Program-made: the position numbers and the translations under genes
Source: Rhina ancylostomus
Lineage: Eukaryota
Length of the DNA: 64,000 bases
NCBI GenBank assembly: GCA_030265395.1
Contig: JARFYF010000012.1
Coordinates: 19,910,046 to 19,974,045, forward strand
Direction: 5' to 3'
Shown: in pieces, positions 25,906-39,600 of the stretch
How positions within the stretch are numbered: the first letter of the stretch is position 1
Layout of the letters: every line of letters begins with the position of its first letter
Notes under the pieces: model-generated
What the model saw: only the letters and a program-made list of their open reading frames with translations
Database searches by the model: none
Told to the model about the DNA's origin: nothing

Positions 25906-28749
25906 GATATGGACATTAAAGCCTTGGAGTCAGAGCAGTATGGTCTATTCTGGGTTGATGATGTCACTGTGTGGTGAGAGATCAAGTAAGGCCAATTAAT
26001 TCTCACTCTCTCCCCATATATGAGAACAATTTCTTTGTGATTCTGAGGGGATTTGACAGGGATGCCAAGAGGTTGTTTCCTCCACCTGGAGAATCAAGAG
26101 TTCATCAATATTGTCCCAGGTTACAGGGTTATAAACCTTTGGAATTTTCCTCTTCAAGGCTAAGAATGATTAAGTTTTGGATTCTAAGGGAATGGGTTGA
26201 GGCAGGAGAGCAGATGGCTCAGGATCAGCAATAATCTGTAAGCAGGCTTCAGGGCCTTAAGGCATCTGCTATTTCTTATGTTCTTACCCATGCCTTGAGA
26301 TTCTTATTGATTCTATTCAGGCTTCCAACCTACAGAGCAGCAGTTGTTAAGGAAATGTCATCATCAAATTTCTGACTCTCAAAGTCCCAGATCGTAGATC
26401 AGCTAACTCAGCAGAACTGGACATTGAACCTGGAACCTCTTGGTCTGAAGGCCTCTGCTGGTCAAAAGGATGCTACTTAGAGTATTTTAAATCACAATTA
26501 AAATGGAGTATCATTGAGGATTGCAATAACTTTATCTCATTTTTAATAGAGTTGGATTTAGTTCATTTAACAAAATAGTATTTTCTACTCAATGGTAAGT
26601 AAGCATACAATGAATAGGATAAGTGTAGAGCCTCGTTTTTGTCTTTTGTTTCCTGGCCAAACAATTCTAGCAAATATGCTCACTGAGGCATTTATTACTT
26701 GTATTCTTGATTGTCATGTTTCTGGTGGGAAATATAAATTTAAATGATGAAAACAAATGTAATGAGCACATCCAAAGGAAAAACTTCATGTGAAATATTT
26801 ATTGCTTTACCTTGCAAGAACAGGGGTAAGCAGTCTTCAGAAAATTATTTTCTCATCGTCAACAGCTGTTCATACAGTATTCTTATGCCCAAAGATGGTA
26901 GACTTTTGAAATTCAGATTTCGCTTGACCGAAATACTGAAACAGGAAATTGTCTATGGTGTTACTGTTAACACAATTTATTTCAGTTTGGATTTTTCTTC
27001 ACAGATGCAAATCATTGCAATACAACAATTTATTTTGCATAAAATAAACCTCAAGTTAACATCTACTTTATGAGACAATCATAAGATCTGATTATTATGA
27101 CCGTCTAGGATGAGCCACTTAGGTATCAAAATATAAAGTTAATGAGTTTTCCTATTTATGAATATATTTGTTCTGGCCATCTGTTGCTTCCTGCAGCATG
27201 TAGGCAAATGTCTCTCTTTATGTTAAGTTGATACATCTATAAACAATGAATGTATGATTTATAGCAATTTATTCTAACTGAAGTTTAAGGTCATTTATCC
27301 TACTACAGGCCAATTGGTCTATAACTAATTGCCTAGAAAAAGCCAGATCTCAATTGACATGAAAATACTGACAACACAAATGGATGTTTCTATCTTCTAC
27401 TGTGTCTTCACAGCTTTGAACATTTATTAAGTTTCAGTTTATATTTACAAAATGTGATTAGTTTTAGTAAGATTAAGTAAAATCAGTGTTTGCAAGTCAA
27501 TTTCGTCAATAAAATTCTCCACAATATACAGCAACTTAAAGAATTAAACAACTTATTCAAATAATTCATATTCCATGCTCCACGTACTGAGTTCGACTAA
27601 CTTCCTCTCTGTTGAAGCCTCTTTGAATTTACAGACTGTCCAGCAACTGAATTATCTAATTTAATCAGTGTAAGACCTGTCCATTTTATTTCTCTTTAAC
27701 TTCACAGTAGCAAACAAAATCGTTAAGCAGAAGTGAATCCTACTGATATAATTGGATTAAGTCTAAATGCCATAATGGAAAATATATCTCAATTTTCCAT
27801 TGTCTTGGTGGTCTTAAAGAGTTGTATAACGTCAATCTGTCAAGAAACATTTTGTGGAGAATGTTCTAATGTGGACTGTGAATAGCAGATATAAAAGCTG
27901 CAGCTGCTCTCCTTGTTTGTGATGGCACTGATAGAAAACTACATTTATATTGCACCTATTATAAAGTGAAGCTTTCTAAATTGCTCAACAGCTAATGAGT
28001 TACCGTACAAGTATAGGCATTTTAAGGAAAACATAGCAACTGGCTTTGCACAAAGTAAATGATGGTAGTGTGATAGACGAGGTATGTTAAAATGGAGGTA
28101 AAGAATGGGGCTTCCCAGGCATTGATATCAGGATGACAACTGTTTCTTATTTACATTAACTCTTGGATGTAAATTAGTCAGATTTGGAGATTATAACAAA
28201 ATAGGAAGGGAAGTGGTGTGAAAGGCAGTTCAAAAGTTGCAGTATGAGTTGGAAAATATGTAAAATAGGACTGAAAATATGTAAATAGGGTTGAAAATGG
28301 CAGGTGAAATTTAGTACTATAGGGAGAAAACTTGCGTGACAGCATCATAAAGTAGTGGTAAAATTGGCAAAATGAAATTAAAAACATTACTTTTAAAAGT
28401 TAAATGAAACAGATGATTGAAATTTCAATCAATTTGTGGAAGCAGTCAACAGGCCAATCAACATCTGTGAAGGGAATAATCAAGTGGATTTAGCTCTGAA
28501 TGGTCTCAGCATCTGAAACTTTAATTTGGCCACTCCATGGTTACTGGGTAACTGATGATTTGTTTGTAATATTAACTTGTTTACAATTAACATCTTCAGC
28601 TAATGCAGAACAACAGTTAATAAATCTAACAGAATGTTAAATGAAAAATTAAGTCAGAGGAGTTCATCAATAAATTTTACATTGCTCTTGTCAGACACTA
28701 ATTAGAATTCTGTATTTTATTTGAAGTAAATAGGGGAGGCATTCAACTG

Positions 28750-29030
28750 AGGCGGCATGGTAGTGTGCGGTTAGCGTAACGCTATTACAGCACCAGTGAC
28801 CCAGGTTCAGTTCCGCCACTGTCTGTAAGGAGTTTGTAAGTTCTCCCAGTGTCTTTGTGGGTTTCCTCCAGGTGCTCCGATTTCCTCCCACATCCCAAAG
28901 ACATACAGGTTAGGAGTTGTGGGCATGCTATGTTGGTGCCGGAAGAGTGGCAACATTCTCAGTAACGCAAGAAGATGCATTTCACTGTGTGTTTTGATCT
29001 TCATGTGACTAATAAATAAATATCTTACCT
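28750..29030 (+). mobile_element. Full-length V-SINE (tRNA head, V domain, tail A)
   Basis: A-box-like ggcatggtagtgtgcgg, B-box-like ggttcagttcc, V-domain gtgggtttcctccaggtgctccgatttcctcccacatcccaaagac, ends gactaataaa. Confidence 0.9.
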
Positions 29031-32000
29031 TGATGGAGAAGTTTAGTAAACAAAACTATGAGACTTACCACTCTGGTAAAAGATCTGGAATTATGAATCA
29101 ATATAGTAGAACTCATTCTCTTTGAGTCTGGAGTGGAAATGTCTAAGAGATCACCTTACAGAGGGACTGAAAGGTAATTAGAGTACAGAAGAGGTAAATC
29201 AGAATTAAGTTAAATGTAAAAGAAGCACATAGGCAGGTCAGAAGATTTTTAACCTAAAAATTGTCAGTATTTGCAATGAACTTGCAGAGAGAGGAGTGGG
29301 ATTGCAAAAGCACAGAATAATAATATAAAAAAGGAAAGAATGAAAATTGTTACATATATAGATGAATTAAAATAGGTTGAATAACCTTCCTAGTCTTTAA
29401 TTATTTTGGAAAAGGGACATCTTATTGTTAATTAGGAGTGAGCAGGCAAGTGAGATTAGACTGCATGGATTAAGTGAGAAGCAAAACAGTGGCAAAGAAT
29501 GTGGAACCAAAGATTTGCTTGTATTGTAGCATTCTATGATCAAAGACAATTCAGCATAATTTTTTTAAAGAATCAGATGCATAACTTTTTGTCTTTGCAT
29601 CTGTGTCCACACAAAGAACATTTCAATTCAAGATGGATACTGAATAGTAGTGTAGCTTTTGACTAAGCATTTAGAATAAGTTAAATCAACTGGGAAATTA
29701 ATTGAAATTGTGAAGAAAATTATTTGGCTTAGCAGATGAAGAGGAAATAATTATTATGTTATTATATTTATAGATGGAAGAACGCTTGTCATATGTTGTC
29801 AACCAGTGCAGCTAAAGTAGATGTGAGTGTTTAATTATATAATTAATTTAACTTAGCAGCTTAATCTTGTTTGCAATTGTCTATGGCTAGAGAATGCAGT
29901 CACAAAATATTATTTTTCTAAGATTCTAGTTTCCTTCTGTCTGGATTTTGTTCTTCCAGGTTGAGCTCAATTAATGAGAAAGACAGAATTGGCACAGTCT
30001 TTCCTGAAATTTGAAATTCTCTTTTCTTTTGAAAAGACATCTGTTGGCGTCCTGCACATGGTGGAACTGACAGAATGGTAATTTCCCTAAACACACTGTT
30101 GACAAGAATGCCAAATCAATGAATAAAACATTAAAATAAAGCTTTCTTTCATTTTTTTAAACTAATGACTAAATGCTAAATGTAAGTAACAATAACCCCT
30201 TTTTGCTGTATATTTCAGTTTGAGTGAACAAAGAGATGTTATAATGTCTTGTTGCAGTGAAGTGACCCAGTGCTGATATTGATCTGTAGTCTGTTTTTTT
30301 GGATACCACCTTATCTGTGGTCTGAAAAAAGAAAGAAACATCATATCCATGGTTAATCTGTTGCTGTCTCAAGGTTTTCTTATTGCCTTTATTTTAAATA
30401 AATACCCATTCTTACACAAAGCCCGCCAGTTTAGAAATGCAGAAGAAAAAGGAAAGGAATTGATGGCACTTTTTACATTCCTGTTATCGAAGTTATTATT
30501 TTAATGTATGGTTTTAACCAGTCAGAACAATTTTTGTATCACTACTGCTCTAAAGTATATCTAATGTTGATATTTTACCATATGCTCAGTTTAGTCCAAT
30601 CAGCATGAGCAGAATTAACACGTAAAAGTTACTAGTCTGAAATTTTATAGATCTCAATTAATCATGTGTTAAAAGTAAGTTGCCAGCTACCATGACAATG
30701 ATGTCCTGTTATGCTGCTAAGGGACCCACTTTTGCATATACAAGTCATGTACATTCAAATTCCAACTAACGTGGCGTTGAAGTTGTTTTTGTGTGATAAC
30801 AGACTCTCAAAACAGAGTTCAAGTGTTGTAATAAAGCGATCACATCTGACTTTTGCAGCTCCCTTATTAACGTTTGCTTTCCTGATAGCCTAGTTTTTTA
30901 AAAAAAAAGCAAGTTTGTTAAGAAAAAGTACATTTCAGGGAATCTGTGTTGTAAGAAAAGTTAAATTTTCATTGATTGTTTTTATGCATCTTAGAGGAAC
31001 TACCTAATGAGCTGCATAGGTAGAAACCTGGAAGCATCTTCTATGACCTAGAAGGTCATAGAACTTTGCAGCAGATTGAACCATACTCCAACAGAAGATA
31101 AAAGGAGAATTTCTTGTCCTCTGACCCTGGAGTTGAGTTAACACTCACTCTAAATATGCACACAATTTACTAACAATAGCATGAAGCAAAATGGCTTCAT
31201 ACTGACACCAAAGCTATTTTTTAAAATACAATTAAAAGTTGCTTGAATATGCTACTTCTCCAACTCCACTATTAACAATAGCAAATAATTATATGATGAG
31301 AACAGTACAACATCTACAACCATTAGCTTTATGGTAAACAAATGGACAACATGGAATTTGAATTTACTTCTAAAATAACTTGATTGTGGCACAACTTTTT
31401 AAATCGTTCTAATGTAACAATGAGCAAATATAAAGCATGACTTTTACACTTTAAGATAACTTGCACATGAAAAATCTTCACTAAAGAAAATGAAGACGAT
31501 TACTTATTGCAAGAGAAATGTCAGTACACTGAAATGGCTTTACTTTTTAAATTGTGCAAGGTATTGCGGTTCAGTATTTCATCCAAAAGGCAGCTCGAAA
31601 TATCAACTTAAATTATGTCTGCTGGAAGTTGATCTCATAATATTCTGCTTCTGAGATGAAAATTCTATTACTGAGCAAGGCCAACACGTAAATGCCAAGC
31701 AATATGAATTGGGTTTTAGCCTTCTCCCCCATCATCATAACTGAAGTTCAGGGGTCAGCAATTTTTATGCTTAATTAACATTTGTATTTGAAAACTTGAA
31801 TATGATAGTTGGAGATAGTATAAATCCTTTTCAGGAGAAAATGCTGTTTAGTATAACAATTATGCTACTGTGCAAAATTCCCAAACTGGACTTTAACATT
31901 TTATTTTACAGTTTTTGATTATATTTTCTTTTTGTCTTTTGTTGGAGTATGGTTTAATCAGGGCTAGTGGGCAATTGCTAATTCACCTGGGTAGTCATGC

Positions 32001-34894
32001 TTGTTGACTGGAAGTTTAACAATAGTGACATTGTAGACACGGCTGATTCCATTTTCACCAAATTCCTACACATATGCACTTTTCAACAGGAGTCACTAGA
32101 TTGTGATCAGGAGGAAGAATTTTTACTGATAGCCCCAACTCAAAAACAGTGAAGTTAATTGTAGTTCGCCCTCTATCACCTGCAGGAGATCTATATTTTG
32201 AACATGGGATATTTCTAATTTGTGTCATGATATTTGATGCATCGTGGTATCCATTCCAATGGATGAGCTTCTACTTGATAATCTTTTAGTTGCTGAGCTT
32301 CTACTGCACTGATATTCAAGGACCTTTTTGGTACATGTATTTGTTACCTTGAATGTAAAATGTCCTTTTTTTTTACATTCTTAATGCATTGTTTCCTTCT
32401 GTTCTGCCTCATTACATTTATTTGTATTCAGTGGTAGAAGTAGTGGCGAAACAACATGTTGATTATGCTATGATTGCCAAAATAGTTTTCCCACAAGTCC
32501 TATTATGCCATCAGTGTACAGCTCTGACCAGTCAAAGGTGGTTTCATGTGGAAAGGAAATTAAAAATAAAATGTGATTTACCTTGGGCCATTCTAAGCTT
32601 GGCCTTTGGAGATTAACTTTGTCGTGTTATTATCTACAGTTCTGAAGAACGTGAAGAATAAATGAATATATTCTGAATTAAACATTTTTCTCCTTGTCAC
32701 AAACAAGCACTGCTTTGATCATTCTTAAAATGGCAGCATCTCAGAATTTCTCATTGCCATTTATTTTAACAAATAACTTGTCTAGTCATACTGTCTGTCT
32801 GAAGGTGGGTAATCTCAGCGCACTTCTTTTGAACCTTTCATTTGTTATCCATTGTACTTGCCCTTTTGACCAGAACTCCTGATAAAAATCAGACATTTGT
32901 GAAATGGGTAGAATATCGGAAATGATACTGGAAGAAGGTCAGCCTGACAATTATCTGCTGAAGGAGTTAATTTATTTGTGGTCAGACATGGGATGCTTTG
33001 TTCATGACAAGTCACCATACGCAGTACAGGAGGGTAATCCTAAGGACTGTTTTATTTATTTTAAAGGAGGTTGCAGATATCATTTTACTTGGTATCATTA
33101 TGAAATCCCATAAAAGACTGGGCATAGCCTCTTACTTTGTCGGAATGAAAACCCCTTTGTACATTGTTCTGAAATAAAATTGCATGGTTAAAAATAGAGC
33201 ACTCAGGGCAATCGAGGAAAGGGTTGTAAAGGTAGTTGCTCAGCCCAATAACATTACAAACAGAAAACAAATTTAGTTGTGAACATTGGGAAAATTTCCC
33301 GTCATTAGCAATCCAAAATTCTCTTTCTCACACTGCACAACTGACAAAAAAGCATAAATTTACCCAACATGTTGAGTTCTAGGGCAGACTGTTGCCTTAC
33401 TTTCAAAACTGAGCGAAGTGCTCTCTTGGACCTTGTTTAATTCTATACAATGTTATGTTCCTCAAGCAAGCAGGAATTTACTTTGAATATTACTTTGAAG
33501 TCAGGGGCATTCATGCAGGCCATTTTCCAGTGCAGAACATCCACCCATGTGAAATTATTGCCTGGATTGTTGGGGAATCATCTATGCACTTGGCCTGCAA
33601 AAACTCAGACCCTCACTAAAATTCAAACTCCACCCCAGTCACCTCTTTCAGGACTATTGGGTACCACTGCAGAGGCACTGAGTTTTTCCAGCTTCTCCAG
33701 TTGGCGAACAACTCTAACTATGCAAGCAACTTGCCACACAAATTCAAGTGAGGTTCAACAGTGAAAATGGTTCAGTCCTCCAACTACTTCCACTGGATGG
33801 AGAACATCAGCTTCCTGCCCATGGGTCTGAACACTTCAGGTTTGACCCCATTTTAACGGCCTGAAAAGGGACAAGGGATATAACCAGGATTGCTTTTCAT
33901 GTTAGTCATCAGTCTTCCACAATTTGCTAGCTGTAAACCAAATTGGCTGGGTTGAAAATTTTAACTGAAATCGATCAAATCGGATTGAATTTTTCNNNNN
34001 NNNNNNNNNNNNNNNNNNNNNNNNNNGTTTATATTTGAGGCTGAAAATACTTGGATATCAGGCTTCAATGTTTAAAAGCATTGAAGGATAACAAAACAAT
34101 AAGTATTTCTAGTTTAACCTCAAGAGAAATGCAGCTAAGAGCAAGAATGTTGCATTATTTCTTTCAAATCTTTGTTGCAATATGTAGTAAAAAATGCAGT
34201 AAAATTATATTTTTACTGTAATAACCAGTTATTTGGTGCTCCAAAGTGAACTTTTTTGAGTGAATTAACTTATACTAATCCACATTTTCAAGAGTTATGC
34301 TACTAAAACAGCACAACAGTACTGCTGTAAAGCACCATGTCTACTGAATATTTGCTGTCACCAGTATCATGGTATTGTCCTCTCAATCGTGTGAAGCTAC
34401 TGATGGAATGAGATATAAAGTTGCACATACCGATCCATCAAGCAGACATTCCTATAATTATGTAGATTAAATGTATGTGCATTATGAAATTTCTGATAGT
34501 CATTTGTGAAATATTACATATTTATTCCATAGTAATGATTTTGGAGTCATTATTCTTTATGTTTGAATATCATCCTGGATATAGGTGCACCCACAGTTGG
34601 CCTGTGACTCAGAACAATGCAAGATTAAACCCCAAACATTAATATTCTAACTACCAACAAAAAAATAGCTATCTGATCTTCAGACTCTGTAAGAAATAGA
34701 TTAAGCTTTTCTGTAATGGTGTATGGTATCATCTGAGTTCCTTAATTAAATCCTTCCATTATGTAATTTGTCTGACAGCCAGTAGTTTGTTGAAATAATC
34801 TATACATTCACTGACTATTTCTTTTGAAAAATATATTTTAAATGTTGAGAGAAAGAGCACTAAACCAAGACACCAGAAGAACTGATAGCTTTTC

Positions 34895-35103
34895 ATTGAA
34901 TTGCATCATGAGATTTCTTACGTTCACTCAGGCAGGGAAATGAGGGCTTGTTTTACTTACAAAGGAACGCATTTCCAACAACGTTGTACTTGTTTACTAG
35001 TGCACTAGGCTATCTGACTTAGTTCCAAGTTCAGGATAGTATGTAGTTTAAACCCATGTGCTTTGATTTGGGAAGGGGAGTGTTAATAGATGATCCAAAC
35101 TGA
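34895..35103 (-). mobile_element. DeuSINE (SacSINE1-like) degenerate copy
   Basis: catgagatttcttacgttcactcaggcagggaaatgagggcttg resembles the reverse Deu core; a tRNA-like head follows. Confidence 0.55.
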
Positions 35104-37119
35104 TATTTAAGTAATATAGTTTGGGGACCACCAAGATACATTTTCCTAGGATGCTGGATGCTCAATCTTCAGGGATACCAGGGACTGCAAGATTTAAAGA
35201 AGTTCATTTAAACAACATAGCAATGCCCTGGGAAGTTTTTTTTCTGCTTGGTTTCTCATAATGTTGAATTCCACCCCCCCCCCCAGTACTTAATGATCTC
35301 AAGTTTCTTTGTCCAAGTTGTTCACCATTTTCCCCACTAGCACAATGCTGCTACCATTGAGTTGATGAAAATGACAGATTTGTAGTCATTGGAGCAATGT
35401 AGACAGGCACCAGAAAGCTCAGGATATACCAGAGATGTTGAGAACCAGCACACCTGAACCTTGCTTTGAATGATGCCAAACACACAACCTGCCTTTACTG
35501 GGGCAAAAATTAGCAGGAGAAACAATAGTATGAGAGCAGTATGTGAATGCTTGATTAACCATACTGCTAGATACCTTTTCAGGAGTATCTCAGTTGCAAC
35601 ATGTCATGCTTTAATAGTGATCATCAAAAATAGTTTGCCCAAATAATTAATAGCCATCAAAGCTTGATTCTCTCACCTGCCAGGATGCCCATAAAAAGAA
35701 CCAAGAACAGAACTACCAAGAACCAATTTGTCTTTATGGAGGCTTAAAGTCCTGGTCTCTCATTTCTCTAGTGAAGGCCAGAATTAATGCATATTAGAAA
35801 AAGATGTTTTTTTTTCCAGACCTGTGAACGTAGTTGCAATGAGGCTTCAAGATGCCTATTGTAAAATCTTGAAATGTGTTTCAGAGCCTTATTATTTATG
35901 TTCTGAACTGTAGATCATGAAGCTAAGAAAGATGTCTGACCAGCACTGCAGAGTCCGGACATCAGTCACCCATGGTTTATTTTCAAATGGTTTATTTTCA
36001 AAGCAAACTCTAGATTAGTAGCATTAAAATTCAAAATTATGTGACCGGCCTCTCACAATTTCTTCACTTTAGTAGAATGACTAATTCCTTGATAATGTTC
36101 AGTGATCCTTTGATGTAGCCTGTAAAGACAAAGACTCCATCAAGTGGACACTCTGCTGGGCAATTCAATTATTTATTGAAAATTCATTCCTTATTCTCAT
36201 TATTTGGCAAGATCGGGAGAAAAAGCTAAGTCTTGAGGCTCATATTGATTTACTGGACTGAGGCTATGTGGAATGATCGAGTGGTAAGGAAGTTCAGGAC
36301 ACTATTCAATTTAGTAGTCAGAGACCAAGTGATCCTTCTTGTGAAGTAAGGTGTGTGCCTGGGGCTGATGCAACTCTACAAGTGTCCCACAGAGTTGGGT
36401 AACATTCTTCTAACACATTTCCCTGTGGAGATTAATGTCTGATTTTTAAGATTTGTAATCCCAGTGGTCTAGGTATCACCATGTCAGNNNNNNNNNNAAT
36501 AAATACCTTATGTGCTGGACTCTGATTTCCTCTAATTATTCTTCACCCTCCTCTTCACGACAAAGAAGATCCATTTTCACGCACCAAAATTATAAAGAAA
36601 GTTCCAAAGTTTTTACAGATACATCTTCACAAAACCACCATGCCACTTAGCAACAAAGACATCTACTGGGAGACACTTCTTTAGGGTTTTTTTTACCCCA
36701 ACCACCATTTTTATACCAGCATGATTTTGAGTGTTAGTTTGGGGATGCTAATTGGAGAATATTCTGAAATACCTTGGTTTTGGCCACACATTTCAATTTG
36801 CACACATCAGAGTCGGTTCACAGTAATGGGTACTGACTGGTTGCATTGAAGCTTTGACCATTAATTTTTATGGTGAAAAATAATATATCACATGCTTTTT
36901 AATAATGCTGAAAATTTGCTCGACAGTGCAAAGGAACATCAAGCCATAAAGACTTTGGGTGAGTTTAGTGGAATATCAATGTAAAGTTCAGATAAGTGTA
37001 AACCTTTTTGTGCCTTTTGTCTATAGTTTCCACTGATCATCCAGTGAGTTACAATGGGAGGTTGGGAGATCCCTTGTGGAAGTAGCATCTGTGTTATTTT
37101 TAGAAGGGAAAACAGCTCC

Positions 37120-37280
37120 ACTGCATTGAATAACATTCTTCCCTCAATCAATATCACATAACCAGATTAATAGGACATCATATCAGTGTCTGCGGGATCT
37201 TTCTGGATGCAAGTTGCCAGATGTGCCTATGCAGTTAATCCAATGTACATGAAGCAAAGTGAAAGCTGTTTAAGTATGTT
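37120..37280 (+). mobile_element. DeuSINE 3' part
   Basis: cattcttccctcaatcaatatcacataaccagatta...tgtctgcgggatctttctggatgcaagttg, homologous to 20915-21080. Confidence 0.55.
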
Positions 37281-38139
37281 CACAGATGCAATTCTTTGTG
37301 TCAATCACATCAAACAGTACCTTTCTTTCAACATTAAAAATTATGCTATATCTACATCCATGTCAATTTAAGACCATTTTTACATGTCACCAAAAAATAT
37401 GCAACATATTTAAGTTTACTGTGCTATATTCAAAGTTCCTTAGTGTTTGTATTTTTCTAGGCATTTCAATGTTCAAGATTTATTGGTAAATTTTATTAAA
37501 GTCAAAGGAAGAGTTTAAGGTCATTTAGTACAGTTGGCATTGAGTCTGGGGCACTGTGCAGATTTGTGTTGGACAAGAACTACTATTCTTATTACCTTGT
37601 TAATATACAGCAGCAAGGCTTGTTTAGAGGAAAAAAAATTGTTTCCAATAAATTTTTCTGTTCCTTTTTGATTATAAGACAATGCAGCCCAATTTGAAGC
37701 GGACATACCCAGTAGAAAACAAAAACTTGCACTCAAACTTATTTTCTGGAATGAAAATAGTAGTGGGAATTTGCAACCACAGTTGAAAGAATTAAGAGGT
37801 ACCTTAAATTTGTCTAAAATATACTGGTTATTTCAAAGCAAACACAGCATCATCCTAGTTCTTCACTTGAAAATGAAGATTGATATGATCTATCTAAACG
37901 TGCTTTGTATTGCCTAAAAGGCTCCATTTTTTTTGATATGCAGGCCAGAAACCATTAATGCAACAATGAAATAGATAAAGGTCCAGTTACATTTGAAACA
38001 TTTCTCCAAATACAGAACATGAAATCTCAATTTCAGAAGAAGAAACTTTGCTTTCTTGTTCCATGAAACTCTAATGCATGCCTAACTGCTAATCCTGGCA
38101 CTCAATAATAACCACAATAGTGTAGACTCAGTAAGCACA

Positions 38140-39600
38140 CATTGTGTAGTCTGAAAAAGGTGCTGCAGTTTTTTTTTAAAAACAGTCCACGAGCTGAATT
38201 GTCATCATTATGTTATATTATGAGTCATCCTTGCTTTTTGTATTCAGTGGAGAATGCTCTATCTTTCTCGCTCCTTTCAACAGTTGTTTACAATATTTTG
38301 TGTCCTTTTTCCCATCTCAGAAAGCCTTTATTTTCTAGTGAAGCAGACAAGCCTGAAATTATTCCATTAAAGAGGTGCAATTTTTGTAATGGGACTTAGA
38401 GTGTTCTGGAGAAGTGCAGGCAAGTTTCTTCAATATCCTGAGCATTATTCGCTCATTAAGTTAAATGATGTTTCTAATTCTCTGGTAATTACATGTAATG
38501 AGGCACTTTTTCTCTTCTTGATGGACTTTAGAATAATATAAGATGTCGTTCTTTTTAAGAATAATTACCCTTCATAGGAAAGCAGGGTTTGTTGTGTGGA
38601 ATATGGCAAATTACGTTATTTCCTGCCATTTAGGCTGTCTGTAAATTATAAATTGAAGTTTATTTCGATAGAGCATTAGCACCATCTTGGAGGAGGGCTG
38701 GATTTTCATTAGTACTGATGTCCGATGAGATGTAATGCAAAGAAAAGATTTCTACCTGTTGTGGTTCAGATACTTTAAAGCAGAAATTATGGAAATCATT
38801 ATGGACAACAACAGCACATTACATTGACACTATACTTAATGTATGTTATTTTATGTAATAGATGTTATTTTCAATATAATGTTTGTTGCATGTATTTTGT
38901 GCTTATGAAAAATAATGCAGTAAGACTATTCGTTGAATGTTAAATGTGTTTAATTTAAAACACAATCTTTTTATTATTTATGTAGTATTATACCTTTTGT
39001 AAAACAGAATATATTATTGTTAATCTTTTCATTAAGTAGGAAAGGAGGTTTAATAATTTATAACATGATATCTCTTTCTGTTATTAATGTATTATTCCTC
39101 TGTAAAACAGAATATATTGTTTGTTTAAATGCTGTCTTCTTGCCAGCTGACCCTTGGCAGATCCACTGTCAATTTATAAAACATTCCCTCTGGTGCATGA
39201 TATTAAAGCACAATGTTACTTTCAAAATAGATCACCCATGTTCAGAAATTTTACCATCCCTCTGATAATATTCACATTATGAAAGGTTGTTTTATCAAAA
39301 GGAGGGTTAAAGCGGAGGCTAAAAAAAAAGCACCAGCCCACTCTTCCTTTTCATCAGCATTTTGACAATTTCACTCGCATTTACCAATGTAGTGGTTTGC
39401 CAACACAGTGTGCAGGCATAATGGGTTTCTCAAAGGTCAAGTTGTATGATCATGCTAGAAAAAAATGTGAAATGACTCAGAAACCAAAACAATCAACTCT
39501 TGTTACCATTAATTAGCACAATAAAGAAACATGAAATTTCCTAATGAAAATCTGCAAGTGGAACTTATTTATGACAGTGAGCTATAGTTTTCTGGCTACT
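38140..39600. promoter_or_regulatory. Candidate conserved non-coding element block
   Basis: No recognisable repeat; dense TAAT/ATTA, TGACA and AGGTCA motifs; located in the desert distal to BUB3. Inference only. Confidence 0.4.
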
